Shown here: one piece after another, positions 19,364 to 29,382 of the stretch
Layout of the letters: each line of letters begins with the position of its first letter
How positions within the stretch are numbered: the stretch's first letter is position 1
IMG/VR virus record: IMGVR_UViG_3300046028_006182
Location: 12,142 to 76,141 of that record
Strand: one strand, 5' to 3'
DNA length: 64,000 nt
Source of the DNA: a virus
Notes under the pieces: model-generated
What the model was told of the DNA's origin: nothing
Database searches by the model: none
Seen by the model: the letters and a program-made list of their open reading frames with translations, nothing else
Made by a program: the position numbers and the translations under genes

Positions 19364-20122
19364 ATGACCTTTAAAACCTTCCTATTCGACAGGCTACCCG
19401 CTAATATTTTCAAGGCCCTAGACTCCTACAAGGATAACTCAGGTAGGGGTTTACTTGAGCGGTACCTAGAGATATTTGGAGATGAGCTAGACGAGGATGT
19501 AGTTATACTGATTGAGGAACTTACTAGTCAGGTTGACCCCAAGCTAGCTAACCAAGATTACCTTAATCTTATCTCATATACCTTAGGAGATGTTCCCGAC
19601 TTCCTGGGTGTAGTAGCTACATACCGAAACCTATTAGCTACCATTATGTCTATTTACAAGATTAAGGGTACTAAGCGGAGTTATACTTTACTATTCGCTT
19701 TATTGGGGTTCCAGATTACTATTACAGAGACTCCTGTAATTGACCCATTACTGTACGATAACCTAGTGCTATTCGACTCGGGCAACCTATTCGACTCGAC
19801 TTGCCAGAATTGCTCAGGCTACTCAATTAACTTTACTTTTACCAATGGTAGCTGTACTAACCCCGCATCTTACACGCTGACAGCTGCTAACTTAGCGGCA
19901 ATCCGTAAAATTATCGTATTTAACGAGCCCATAAATGCTTACCTTGAAACGCTGACGAACTCAATTAGAGTATGTGAGGAATTAGATGGGTGCTTAGCCG
20001 AGGAAGCTACACTATCCACCTTAGATTATAATAACTATGATGAGGCCCTGCTATTTGACAATGGGGTAACTTTTGATAACCACATACTTACTTCCCAGGT
20101 GATAAGTGAGAGTGTATGCTAA
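19364..20122 (+). CDS. Baseplate/tail protein I-like
   Basis: LERYLEIFG, IYKIKGTKRS..LLF.LLG. Confidence 0.75.
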   Translation: MTFKTFLFDRLPANIFKALDSYKDNSGRGLLERYLEIFGDELDEDVVILIEELTSQVDPKLANQDYLNLISYTLGDVPDFLGVVATYRNLLATIMSIYKIKGTKRSYTLLFALLGFQITITETPVIDPLLYDNLVLFDSGNLFDSTCQNCSGYSINFTFTNGSCTNPASYTLTAANLAAIRKIIVFNEPINAYLETLTNSIRVCEELDGCLAEEATLSTLDYNNYDEALLFDNGVTFDNHILTSQVISESVC

Positions 20123-20441
20123 AACTACAGAGATGTCGGAGGTAACAGAGATTAATCTATCCATCGGGAATATAATTGCTATTGCCGGGGTAAGTCTAAC
20201 CGTAATAGTTACGGGGGGTGGACTAGCTGCTAACTGGATGAAAGTAAAAGTACACAACGCAGTACTAGAGGAAAGGATTAAAGCAGTACATGAGGACTAC
20301 TTAAAGCTTTGCGTTGCGATTGACAAGGAGAGGGTACGCAATGACTCCCACTATAACGTACTCTACTCTAAGCTAGAGCGAATGAGTGGGGTACTTAATA
20401 CTATAACTAGGAAACTTGACCGTAAAGTAGATAAAAGGTAG
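20106..20441 (+). CDS. Single-TM coiled-coil protein (possible lysis accessory)
   Basis: One hydrophobic helix then a charged coiled coil; true start may be the internal Met. Confidence 0.45.
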   Translation: MRVYAKTTEMSEVTEINLSIGNIIAIAGVSLTVIVTGGGLAANWMKVKVHNAVLEERIKAVHEDYLKLCVAIDKERVRNDSHYNVLYSKLERMSGVLNTITRKLDRKVDKR

Positions 20442-20445
20442 CGAC

Positions 20446-20745
20446 ATGGAGATAAAGATACTAGTGATACACTTGATTATAGCTCTAAGTGGAACTATAG
20501 CCCACATCTTCTCTAAGCTAGCCAGCCTAGAAGTGAGAAGAAACTTCTCTCTATCCGAGTGGCTCGGGCGTAATAAGTATAGGACTACTTTCTCTATCCT
20601 AAGTACGGCTATTGTAATGACTGTGATACTACCCCACGATGAAGTGGAGGGTTTAACAGCTTTTACAATAGGTTACACGATTGACTCTTTTATGAAGAAC
20701 TTAACTAAAACGCCAAAACTTAAAAACCCCGATGAAGAAGGATAA
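20446..20745 (+). CDS. Holin-like membrane protein
   Basis: 99 aa, 2-3 hydrophobic helices, charged C-terminal tail. Confidence 0.45.
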   Translation: MEIKILVIHLIIALSGTIAHIFSKLASLEVRRNFSLSEWLGRNKYRTTFSILSTAIVMTVILPHDEVEGLTAFTIGYTIDSFMKNLTKTPKLKNPDEEG

Positions 20746-21166
20746 CATCAATGCCTCTATAAAGGGGGAAGTAGAGATATATGCTCTACTAAAAGACGGG
20801 AGTAGAGAGCTACTACTCTCTAAGGACAATGCCCTGCAGGTAGTTGCTAAACGAATGATATTCCAAGGCCTATCCGGTGACCTAGTTAATGGAAAGCTAT
20901 CTAGCGTTGCACTATACAAAAATAGCCATACTACTCTACTAGCACTAGCTACTGTCTCCTCCTGGGACCACTCAGTAGCTGACGAGTTGACTATGACTGC
21001 AGTATTAGCTCCTGGGTACTTTGATGACACTATTACTTCCCTAGCCTTAATTAACTCAGCTTTAGTGGAGTTCTCAGTGTTAACTGGTTTCTCAGTTTAT
21101 AAAGACCTCACTACTGCTATTGAGGTTAAATGGAAATTGACTTTTATAAACCTTAATAACCTATAA
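20732..21166 (+). CDS. Putative tail-fibre attachment protein
   Basis: IKGEVEIY...N N-terminus and VKWKLTF C-terminus; adjacent to fibre gene. Confidence 0.45.
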   Translation: MKKDNINASIKGEVEIYALLKDGSRELLLSKDNALQVVAKRMIFQGLSGDLVNGKLSSVALYKNSHTTLLALATVSSWDHSVADELTMTAVLAPGYFDDTITSLALINSALVEFSVLTGFSVYKDLTTAIEVKWKLTFINLNNL

Positions 21167-21171
21167 CCTTT

Positions 21172-22518
21172 ATGGCAATAGAACGCAGATACCACAATTA
21201 CCGAGACCCCATTAAGAGCTCAACTATACATGAGTCAGCTCAAGGTATACTACCAGCGGGTAGGTACAGGGGGTTAAATGAGATTGATAATCCCTCGGGG
21301 CTAGGCTTTGATTTAGTGACTACAGGCAATAGCCTTAGAACTAGGGGATTTCGATTTGTAGACAATGAGACCCCGGCTAACAATGCCGATGACCAAGGGG
21401 TAGTTGTTACACCGGAAGGCCAAGTAGTTCATTTTGATGGGGCTACTGCTCTAGCTTTTGTTACAAACTCAGGTAACCTTAATGACCGCATAGACTTGAT
21501 AATCTACCGTCAGGATTGGGACACCACAGTAGGAGGCGTTGCTGGTACCTTCATAGTAATACAGGGGGGGATGGGTGGACCAGTTACCCCGAGTATACCA
21601 GACCCAGATACTGATGCTGCTATCGGGTATTTAGAAATACCTGCCGGTGCTACACTAGCATCCGCTATAACTTACGTACCCTATGATAGTCCCGATATCT
21701 CGGGTAGACCCTCTGCTAAAGTAGGTGAGTATAATAAGTTTACTAATCTAAACGCATTTAGCTATGCTCAAGCAGGAGTAACCGAGATACTGACCAGTAC
21801 TTCGGCAGAGGCTATCCAGCTATCGAGCTTCGCTAACTCAGTTAACTACATACCATCGGCTCACTCTAACATAGTGGGTATTAAATCACCGGTTGGTTAT
21901 GTAGCTGGTCTTACCTATAAGCTAACTAACTACGGGGCTGGCCCGATAAAGATAAGCAATAACTTATCAATGCCTAGTGCAGATGAGCTAGACAATATCT
22001 TTGGTATATTAGTAAATAGCCCGGCAGGCTACATAGTACTCCAACCCGGAGACTCAGCCATACTGGAGTTAGCTGACTCACAGTATTACATAGCTTGCTG
22101 GAGAGTAACACCAAGTGCTGATAACACAGGCGAGGATTGGATTACCCTAGGCACTGGCGGGGTATTTACCTATGTAAATAACTGGGCAACGGGAGCTCTA
22201 AGTAGCAACACAGCGAGATACCGAGTAACTGCTGCTGGTTATGTAGAGTTAGCTGGGCACGTACAGAAAACTGCGGGCTCTTTTGCGGTGGAGAATATCG
22301 TAACGAATATCCCGGCTGCTTTAATGCCAACGACAGCGGCATTCTATAGTGCTGGGGTAATGGTAGGACTGGGTGGCTCTGGCAATGTTAGAAGAAACGC
22401 AGTATTAACCTTATCTCCTACTAGCAGTAACCTACTAGCTATGCAGGCATTTGACTCGGCAATGGCAATAGGGGATGTAGTTCTGTTGGATGGTATAAGA
22501 TGGAGACCTGGTATCTAA
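21172..22518 (+). CDS. Tail fibre/receptor-binding protein
   Basis: RIDLII...P.IP...IGYLEIPAGAT N-terminal module; RYRV...VELAG...IPAALMP C-terminal module. Confidence 0.7.
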   Translation: MAIERRYHNYRDPIKSSTIHESAQGILPAGRYRGLNEIDNPSGLGFDLVTTGNSLRTRGFRFVDNETPANNADDQGVVVTPEGQVVHFDGATALAFVTNSGNLNDRIDLIIYRQDWDTTVGGVAGTFIVIQGGMGGPVTPSIPDPDTDAAIGYLEIPAGATLASAITYVPYDSPDISGRPSAKVGEYNKFTNLNAFSYAQAGVTEILTSTSAEAIQLSSFANSVNYIPSAHSNIVGIKSPVGYVAGLTYKLTNYGAGPIKISNNLSMPSADELDNIFGILVNSPAGYIVLQPGDSAILELADSQYYIACWRVTPSADNTGEDWITLGTGGVFTYVNNWATGALSSNTARYRVTAAGYVELAGHVQKTAGSFAVENIVTNIPAALMPTTAAFYSAGVMVGLGGSGNVRRNAVLTLSPTSSNLLAMQAFDSAMAIGDVVLLDGIRWRPGI

Positions 22519-22533
22519 TCATTAGATAGATGG

Positions 22534-22561
22534 AAGCCCTACTCTTAACTGAGTAGGGCTT
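22534..22561. terminator. Hairpin between convergent genes
   Basis: AAGCCCTACTC-ttaact-GAGTAGGGCTT perfect 11-bp stem. Confidence 0.7.
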
Positions 22562-23222
22562 TCTTGTCTTCGTTCTTTTGGAAGTAATCTCTTGCCGACT
22601 CAATAGCTATTTGTATCTCATGCTTAAGGCTTCTAACATAAGTAGTACCATTGCTCTTAGTGTCTAGCCCTAAATACTCAACCAATAGGGCAGTGGGTAT
22701 TTTAGATAGGTTATGCTTATCTGCCTCTGCCATGCGAGTAACAATATATGATGGAGGCTCTAGCTCGATAGTAAATAAAAAGAAAGCATCCTCCGAGAGG
22801 TTATCTTTCAAGTAATTCATTGCATCAGTAAGAACTCTTTGGGTGTCTAGCTCGGTATTTAAGATTTCATCATACCCTATATCGCAACCCTCAAAGAAGT
22901 GATAATCCTCAACTTGCATCGTTTGGGCGATAGCTTTGTTATTTTGATTATAGCTGGTATTCAATATCCTAAACTTATACATCTTTAGGGAATTGATTAC
23001 ATACCCGAGTAGGTTATCGGGTGTCTTAGTTTTGTGGTATTTTTGAAAGACATATAGTAATTTAATATCCAACCAGGAGAGGATATCCTCATATTCTACT
23101 TTAAAGTGGTGGGGGTTAATATCTCTAGCAATCTTTCTACGCAGGTTATAGGTTGATTGGTAGATGTGATTGAATAGCTTTTCATCGTACTCATCAAGAG
23201 TACGGAGTCTGTGTTCTTCCAT
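22545..23222 (-). CDS. Putative phage sigma factor
   Basis: Region-2-like EDILSWLDIKLLYVFQKY...YVINSL; helical HTH-like C-terminus; only credible minus-strand gene. Confidence 0.5.
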   Translation of the reverse strand: MEEHRLRTLDEYDEKLFNHIYQSTYNLRRKIARDINPHHFKVEYEDILSWLDIKLLYVFQKYHKTKTPDNLLGYVINSLKMYKFRILNTSYNQNNKAIAQTMQVEDYHFFEGCDIGYDEILNTELDTQRVLTDAMNYLKDNLSEDAFFLFTIELEPPSYIVTRMAEADKHNLSKIPTALLVEYLGLDTKSNGTTYVRSLKHEIQIAIESARDYFQKNEDKKALLS

Positions 23223-23256
23223 ATTACCCGGGGTTTATTAGTTATTATGTTATTCC

Positions 23257-23287
23257 CAAATTTAAGATAAATATTTGAAATTTGCAA
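23257..23287 (-). promoter_or_regulatory. Host-type promoter for the sigma-like gene
   Basis: Reverse strand TTGCAA-N17-TAAATTTG. Confidence 0.65.
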
Positions 23288-23411
23288 ATAACCCCATAAA
23301 AATAGTTTTTTAAATTCATCGAGATTACTCTTGTAAATATAACGTAACATAGGGAAATTAAGAATTTATTATTTTTAGAGGGGATTACTTTTATTAGAAA
23401 AGAATGATACT

Positions 23412-24815
23412 ATGGCGGATAAATTTCAGTTTGGGACAGACTTTCAACAGGAGATACTCAAGGTTACAGCTACTGACAAGAACAACTACAAGATAATACA
23501 GTTATACCAACCCGAATACTTTACTCTACTAACACACAAAGCTATAGCCTTTGCCTTTAAGCGTTATTTTAAGGCTACCGGGAGCTTACCTAATAAGATA
23601 GTATTAAGGGAGGAGCTAAGGAAGGTATTCAGGCTAAAGAGCTATAGTGCTGACTACGACGAAGCTACTAAAAACCGTACTTTTAAGATAGCCTCCAAGC
23701 TATACGCAACTCCCTCTACTAGACCCGAGGATATTATCGAGAGTACCAAGAAGTTTGCTAGGTTTACCCTGCTCAAGGAGGAAATCTCTAACGTGGACCT
23801 GCTCGACTTTGATAACTACGATAAATTCCAGACCAGGGTACAGAATGCTATTACCTTTGGGCATGAGTCATCCGATAGGGTTGGTACTTTTGTAGTGGGT
23901 GGGATAAGAGCTAGGCAAACAGAGCGAAAATTTAGATCCCCAATGGTGGAGTTGCCATACCGCCAATGGAACAAGATGATGAATGGCAATGGCTCTGAGA
24001 AAGGCAGCTTGATTTGTATATTGGGTAAAGAGAAGGACTTTAAAACGGGTATGCTTATAAACATCGCTAGAGCCCGACTGCGAAGAGCTAAAAAGATACT
24101 CTACATTGACCTTGAGAATAACGAAAGCCCCCTAGCAACTAGGGCTGAGCAATCAATAGCTCGGTTAACTAAGGAGGATATCCTTTTAGGTAAGAATGAC
24201 TTAGCTATCCAGAAGATAATGAGGAGGTACCAAAGGATAGGGGCTGAGTTATATATAAAAAGACTCCCCGCTTACCATGCTACCTGTAACACTATACAAG
24301 CCGAGATGGACAAGATGTATAGAGAGTATGGTATTAAGTTTGACGAGATAGTGTTAGACTTCATAGGCTTGCTGGGAGCACTCTCTGGCGCTAAGGATGA
24401 TTTACAACGTATCTCGGATGCCACCGTCGATTTCAAGAACCTGCTGTCCTCTAATCAAATAGACCTAGGGTACACAGCTATGCACGTAACTCGGGAGGGG
24501 GAAGCTGCTCGGAAGAATACATGCTACATACCTAATGACATTGCCAAGTGTAAAGACATTGGGCGACACGTAGATATGCTAGTGGGTATCAACTCAAATG
24601 ACAATGAGGACCGGGAAGGGGTTATGAGGGTAGAGATGATAGAGCAAAGGGATGGTTTACCCTTTGGTAGAGTACTTCTCTGGGTAGATAAGAAAACTCA
24701 GCACGTTAAGGAATTCACTATCAAAGAGGAGGAGGCCTATAAACAGCAGATGCAGGAGGTTATAGACTCTGCCGATGACGTTAAGCGCAAACAGAAAAAC
24801 TCTAAAGACTTATGA
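23412..24815 (+). CDS. dnaB: Replicative SF4 helicase (DnaB/gp41-like)
   Basis: Variant Walker A GKEKDFKT, ILYIDLEN, IVLDF, QRDG. Confidence 0.85.
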   Translation: MADKFQFGTDFQQEILKVTATDKNNYKIIQLYQPEYFTLLTHKAIAFAFKRYFKATGSLPNKIVLREELRKVFRLKSYSADYDEATKNRTFKIASKLYATPSTRPEDIIESTKKFARFTLLKEEISNVDLLDFDNYDKFQTRVQNAITFGHESSDRVGTFVVGGIRARQTERKFRSPMVELPYRQWNKMMNGNGSEKGSLICILGKEKDFKTGMLINIARARLRRAKKILYIDLENNESPLATRAEQSIARLTKEDILLGKNDLAIQKIMRRYQRIGAELYIKRLPAYHATCNTIQAEMDKMYREYGIKFDEIVLDFIGLLGALSGAKDDLQRISDATVDFKNLLSSNQIDLGYTAMHVTREGEAARKNTCYIPNDIAKCKDIGRHVDMLVGINSNDNEDREGVMRVEMIEQRDGLPFGRVLLWVDKKTQHVKEFTIKEEEAYKQQMQEVIDSADDVKRKQKNSKDL

Positions 24816-25783
24816 GCTATAACCAGCAACTAAGGGGTAAGATAGTAGAGTATTTTGTAAAGAGGTATTCTCTAAGGCCTGCTCCCCGGGGCTGGATGCG
24901 GGGAGATTGCCCTGTATGCAGGGACAAGAACATATTTGGCATTAACACCCACAGCCTATCCACTAATTGTTTTAAGAATAAGTGTACAGAGGGTATTAGT
25001 GCTAGTAAGCTCATTATGCAGATTGAGGGAATATCTACTCGGCACGAGCTATATAAGTTACTAGAAGCATTCGATGGTACTGCCTACTCGGAAGTAGAAG
25101 TAGACTATCAGCCCAGCAGAAAGAAAAAGCCTATAGAATTTCCCGAGTCATACATTCCTCTAGGTCTATCCGATAACTCCGTAATGGCCCGTAAGGCTAG
25201 GAAGGTTTGGAAAAGCCGGGGTTTTTCTATATATAAAGCCACCGTTAATGGCATAGGGTTTTGCTCATCTGGTGAGTACCGAGGCTACTTTATACTACCC
25301 TATTACGTAAAAGGGGAATTGGTATACTTTACAACTCGTAGGTTCTTATCCTCGTTTGGCCCCAAATTCAAGAACCCCAGTATAGATGACTTCAATGTAG
25401 GGAAAAGCCAGTTAATATATAACATCGACGCTTTCCATATCTACCAGAGTATAGACCTATTCGAGTCTATTACTAACGCTAATACCTTGGGGAGTAGAGG
25501 AGTTGCATTCGGGGGTAAATACCTTTCAGACTGGCAAAAGCAATTTATAATTGAGTCGCCCTGTGAAAGGTTAACTATATCCCTAGACCGAGACGCATAC
25601 AAGGAGGCTATTGAATTAGCCTTAGAGTTGGTTTTTTATAAAAAGGTGAGGATAGTACTTTTCAAGGACAGTCGAGATGCAAATGACCTGGGTAAAAAAG
25701 CCTACCTAGAGTTAAGAAAGAAATCAAAGTGGTTGGATTTTAAAACACTTAATAAAATGCTACAGGATGAGAAGAGTAAATAG
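24812..25783 (+). CDS. DNA primase (Zn finger + TOPRIM)
   Basis: CPVC...NCF..KC; FES; LDRDA; DANDLG. Confidence 0.85.
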   Translation: MSYNQQLRGKIVEYFVKRYSLRPAPRGWMRGDCPVCRDKNIFGINTHSLSTNCFKNKCTEGISASKLIMQIEGISTRHELYKLLEAFDGTAYSEVEVDYQPSRKKKPIEFPESYIPLGLSDNSVMARKARKVWKSRGFSIYKATVNGIGFCSSGEYRGYFILPYYVKGELVYFTTRRFLSSFGPKFKNPSIDDFNVGKSQLIYNIDAFHIYQSIDLFESITNANTLGSRGVAFGGKYLSDWQKQFIIESPCERLTISLDRDAYKEAIELALELVFYKKVRIVLFKDSRDANDLGKKAYLELRKKSKWLDFKTLNKMLQDEKSK

Positions 25784-26594
25784 CCTCCACATAACCCATC
25801 CCGACTTTGTTAAAGTATTAGAGTCAGTTATTGGGAAGAAAAGGATTACCCCCGACGAGATTGAACAGGTTTTTAAGAAAGCCTCCAAGTTACAAATCAC
25901 TAGCCGCTCCATAGATGTCAAAGCCTATAAAAATAACAAGCTATCAAACGTAGCTTTAGCCAAGAAAACTGATGGTGAGCTATTTAGCCATTTACTAAAG
26001 GTAATAAGACAGAGCCACAAGCATCGAGGAGTGAGGATGTATAATGAGGGTGATCCTGAGTGGGCTACTATTAAGAAACTAAGCAGCGAAGCCAATGCTT
26101 TTTGTGAGAACAACAGCCTAGAGCGGGTAGACGGATATAAGAAGTATATCCAAACAGCTATGCCACTAATGAAGTCCTTTATTCTACCGAGGATGCTAGG
26201 CTTATCCTCTGTGATAGCCGATACTTATGAAGCTTTAGAGGAGATAAGGCTAGATGATAACAAAGACCTTACTGCTAGGGTTTACCAAAGATACCTGCAG
26301 GTTATAAATGAAAAAACCTCTATCATCCCCAACTACTCCAAAGAGCCCCTACAATATAAGTACTTCATTGAGTGTGCTCAGATGTGCAAGCAGCTTAGAG
26401 TAGAGCCCCTCGACTTTATAAAAGCTCAATTCGAGTATCTACCGTCAGTGCCCTACCCATCCCAGCTAGTTGGAGAGAAGGCTAGGAATAGAGTAAGTAG
26501 GTACTTATATGATGTAGCCAGTAATAAGATACAAAAACCCCAGGATGACCCCGTATTGGTAATAGACTTCTCTAAGATTAAAAAGTCAAGATAA
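25767..26594 (+). CDS. Hypothetical replication-module protein
   Basis: 275 aa, translationally coupled between primase and helicase. Confidence 0.55.
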   Translation: MRRVNSLHITHPDFVKVLESVIGKKRITPDEIEQVFKKASKLQITSRSIDVKAYKNNKLSNVALAKKTDGELFSHLLKVIRQSHKHRGVRMYNEGDPEWATIKKLSSEANAFCENNSLERVDGYKKYIQTAMPLMKSFILPRMLGLSSVIADTYEALEEIRLDDNKDLTARVYQRYLQVINEKTSIIPNYSKEPLQYKYFIECAQMCKQLRVEPLDFIKAQFEYLPSVPYPSQLVGEKARNRVSRYLYDVASNKIQKPQDDPVLVIDFSKIKKSR

Positions 26595-26595
26595 C

Positions 26596-28041
26596 ATGGC
26601 TACTAAACAGGACACCCTGGTATTCCAGGTAAGTAATAACAAGACTAAAATAATTGGGGACCCTAAAACTATTGGTTTAATAAGGGAAGACTTTAAAGTA
26701 AGAAGCCCAAATGCCTTCTTCTCCCCCGCTTACAGAACTCGGAAATGGGATGGCTTTATCCGGTATATCACCGATGTAGGTAATTTTGATACCGGTTTAT
26801 TGCCCGATGTACTAGGCTATTGCGAGAAGCATAAACTACGAATAGAGATACAGGACCGGAGAGACTCATATAATCCCCCGGAAGTAGCCAGCAGTATCGG
26901 TGAGTTTAATCTTAGACCATACCAAGCCGATGTAGTAGCTGCCTGCATTAGTAATAAGATACACACTCTATCTTTCCCAAGGGGTATAGTAGTAGCAGCT
27001 ACCAACTCAGGTAAAAACTTAATGATAGCCTCAATATTCAAGTCTTTCCCCGAGCATACAAGGGGTATAGTCTTACTAAAAGAGAAGGAGTGGTACGAAA
27101 CATCAGTGATTGAGCTTTCAGAATTGCTAGGAGAAGAAGTTGGCTACCTCAATGCCAAGTCCTACAAGCCAGGTAGGTTATTGATAGCAATGATGCCCAC
27201 ACTATACTCGAAGCTTACTAAGCCAATTACTAAAGTAGAATACTCTAAACTACTAGCCGAGATAGACTTGGTTATCGCTGACGAGGGAGATACCACTACC
27301 TCTAACCAATTTAAAACAGTCCTACTTAAATGCTCTAATAGTTATGCACGGTATGCCCTTTCCGGTACCGCATTGATGGGTAAGTACAAAAAGGACTTGC
27401 TGAAACACTATGAGCTAAAGAAGTTCTTTGGGGATAAGTTGGTAGAGATAACGAATGATTTTATGATTTCAAAGGGCTATTCGACCAAGCCCCTAGTGGT
27501 TATAGTAAAGGGTAATAGAGAAGTGGAAATAAGCGGTGATTACCAAGAAGAATATACCCAAGGCATTGTTCAGAACAAAGCTCGTAACAAAAGGATTTTA
27601 CGAAGAGCGAAGTACCATGCCGGTAAAGGCAGATACCCTATGCTAATAATCTGCAAAAGGCATGAGCATATCGAGAAGTTAGCCAAGCTATTTAAAAAGG
27701 AATTACCGGGGGTAGTTATTGAAGCAGTCCACCACAAAACAGAAAACCGCAAAGATATAATCCAGGCCTTTACTAAGGGTAATATTGAAATACTGATAGC
27801 TTCCCACATAGTTAAACGGGCTAAGAACTTCCCTTTAATAAGGTACCTATGCAATGCCAGTGCGGGTGACTCGGAGGAGGATATAGTTCAGATGGTGGGC
27901 CGGGGATTAAGGACACATGAGTCTAAGTCCCGGATATACATTGATGACTTTCATGACACAGGTGCATACCTTCTAAGGCATTCAAGACACCGGATAAAGT
28001 ATTATAAAACCCAAAAGTTTAAGGTAATACAAAAATACTAA
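26596..28041 (+). CDS. SF2 helicase (UvsW-like)
   Basis: WDG, LRPYQ, ATNSGK, DEGD, LSGT, QMVGRGLR. Confidence 0.9.
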   Translation: MATKQDTLVFQVSNNKTKIIGDPKTIGLIREDFKVRSPNAFFSPAYRTRKWDGFIRYITDVGNFDTGLLPDVLGYCEKHKLRIEIQDRRDSYNPPEVASSIGEFNLRPYQADVVAACISNKIHTLSFPRGIVVAATNSGKNLMIASIFKSFPEHTRGIVLLKEKEWYETSVIELSELLGEEVGYLNAKSYKPGRLLIAMMPTLYSKLTKPITKVEYSKLLAEIDLVIADEGDTTTSNQFKTVLLKCSNSYARYALSGTALMGKYKKDLLKHYELKKFFGDKLVEITNDFMISKGYSTKPLVVIVKGNREVEISGDYQEEYTQGIVQNKARNKRILRRAKYHAGKGRYPMLIICKRHEHIEKLAKLFKKELPGVVIEAVHHKTENRKDIIQAFTKGNIEILIASHIVKRAKNFPLIRYLCNASAGDSEEDIVQMVGRGLRTHESKSRIYIDDFHDTGAYLLRHSRHRIKYYKTQKFKVIQKY

Positions 28042-28073
28042 TAGTATACTCTTATAAATAATACTGAACTATT

Positions 28074-28502
28074 ATGCCCAAGGATAAAGACAAAACCAAG
28101 AAAAGACGGAAGAGGCCCAGCAGTACACCAGAGAATTTCGATTGGTTTAAACCAGTAGTAACTGCGGATAAACTAGGGGGAGAAGAAGACCCTTGCTTTG
28201 GTAAGCTATACAGCTTGGTACATAAAGCTTGCGGTAGTTGTGGGGATAGCGAACTCTGTGCTATAGTATACTCCCACCAACTCCATAAAGCCCGTGCCGA
28301 GCAAGAAGAAAAGGTAGAGTTTAAGGACTTAGCTGAGGGTGCTTATAAAGCTGAGGGTGACAAGAAGATAAGAGCTCTTGCTAAAAAACTCCTGATAGCT
28401 GGTAAGTCCTCTAAAGTTATTAAAGCTAGGCTACTAACTAAGTATGGAGTAGTAGAAGCGGACGCTATAAAGATTATTAATAAACTTAAAGCCAAAATGT
28501 AA
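28074..28502 (+). CDS. Cys4 zinc-binding basic protein
   Basis: DPCFGK...CGSCGDSELC. Confidence 0.55.
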   Translation: MPKDKDKTKKRRKRPSSTPENFDWFKPVVTADKLGGEEDPCFGKLYSLVHKACGSCGDSELCAIVYSHQLHKARAEQEEKVEFKDLAEGAYKAEGDKKIRALAKKLLIAGKSSKVIKARLLTKYGVVEADAIKIINKLKAKM

Positions 28503-28506
28503 GGCG

Positions 28507-29382
28507 ATGAAAAAGAGTATAAAAGACGTATCCCAATACCAGGTACCATTTACTTGGGGAACAGAGCTTCATAGCAAAGAGCTAGCTATAATGTTTAATA
28601 AGCAGCGGGAGGTAATCGAGCTATTTTCTAGCATTGAGAGATTACCAGCTTTGCCTCTAGACATCGGTAAAGCCGATAGCATGAGCTTTCTAAGAGACCT
28701 GCTATTTAGGGCTAACATCGAGCTATCAGAGGCTTACACTGAGTACCTAAAGCTATTAACCATGCTTTCCTCTAATGTAGATAGAGAAGACATGATACCT
28801 ACGCTATATGCTTTTAATGAGGAGCTAGCTGACATAGCTCACTTCCTTATTGAGGCCATGATATACTCCAATATAGAGGTAGACGATTTAGAGAATTACC
28901 TAGATATCTACCTTGAGAGAAATGAGTTCAAGGGTATGTCTAGTAAAGGTAACCCGTTAGCAACATCACTTAGGGTAGCCCAGTACTTAAACAACACCAT
29001 TGGTTATCCCCAAATTTTGAAGTTGCCGGCTTTCAATATCCTAGCAGGCTATGAGGAAGAAAGCATTTGCTTGAAGGGTGGTTCTCGTATTACCCCCGAT
29101 AGGCTATTCATATTCCAGGACAGTGCTTGGAGGATAACCCATGAGTTAATGAGCTGTGCTAACCACTTACGGAGCTCTAACTGGTCACTATCCGGTACTC
29201 AAACGGATTTTGCTTTATACCACGAGAAATTACTTTCCGTTTGGATAGAGTTTTGCAGACTGCTAGTGGCCTTGGATATTGACGTTGTTAACATCTATAG
29301 CCTCTACTACCGAAAAAATATTATAAACCAAGAGAGAGCTAAATCTCTGATATTAAAAACAACCCATGGGAAGAAAAGTTAA
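28507..29382 (+). CDS. All-alpha NTP pyrophosphohydrolase (MazG/dimeric dUTPase-like)
   Basis: ELSEA...EELADIAHFLIE; C-terminal YYRKNIINQER. Confidence 0.7.
   Translation: MKKSIKDVSQYQVPFTWGTELHSKELAIMFNKQREVIELFSSIERLPALPLDIGKADSMSFLRDLLFRANIELSEAYTEYLKLLTMLSSNVDREDMIPTLYAFNEELADIAHFLIEAMIYSNIEVDDLENYLDIYLERNEFKGMSSKGNPLATSLRVAQYLNNTIGYPQILKLPAFNILAGYEEESICLKGGSRITPDRLFIFQDSAWRITHELMSCANHLRSSNWSLSGTQTDFALYHEKLLSVWIEFCRLLVALDIDVVNIYSLYYRKNIINQERAKSLILKTTHGKKS

Noticed and set aside
8716-20122. Bacterial contractile injection system or tailocin
   Set aside because: Capsid, neck and complete replication modules are contiguous, so this is a phage
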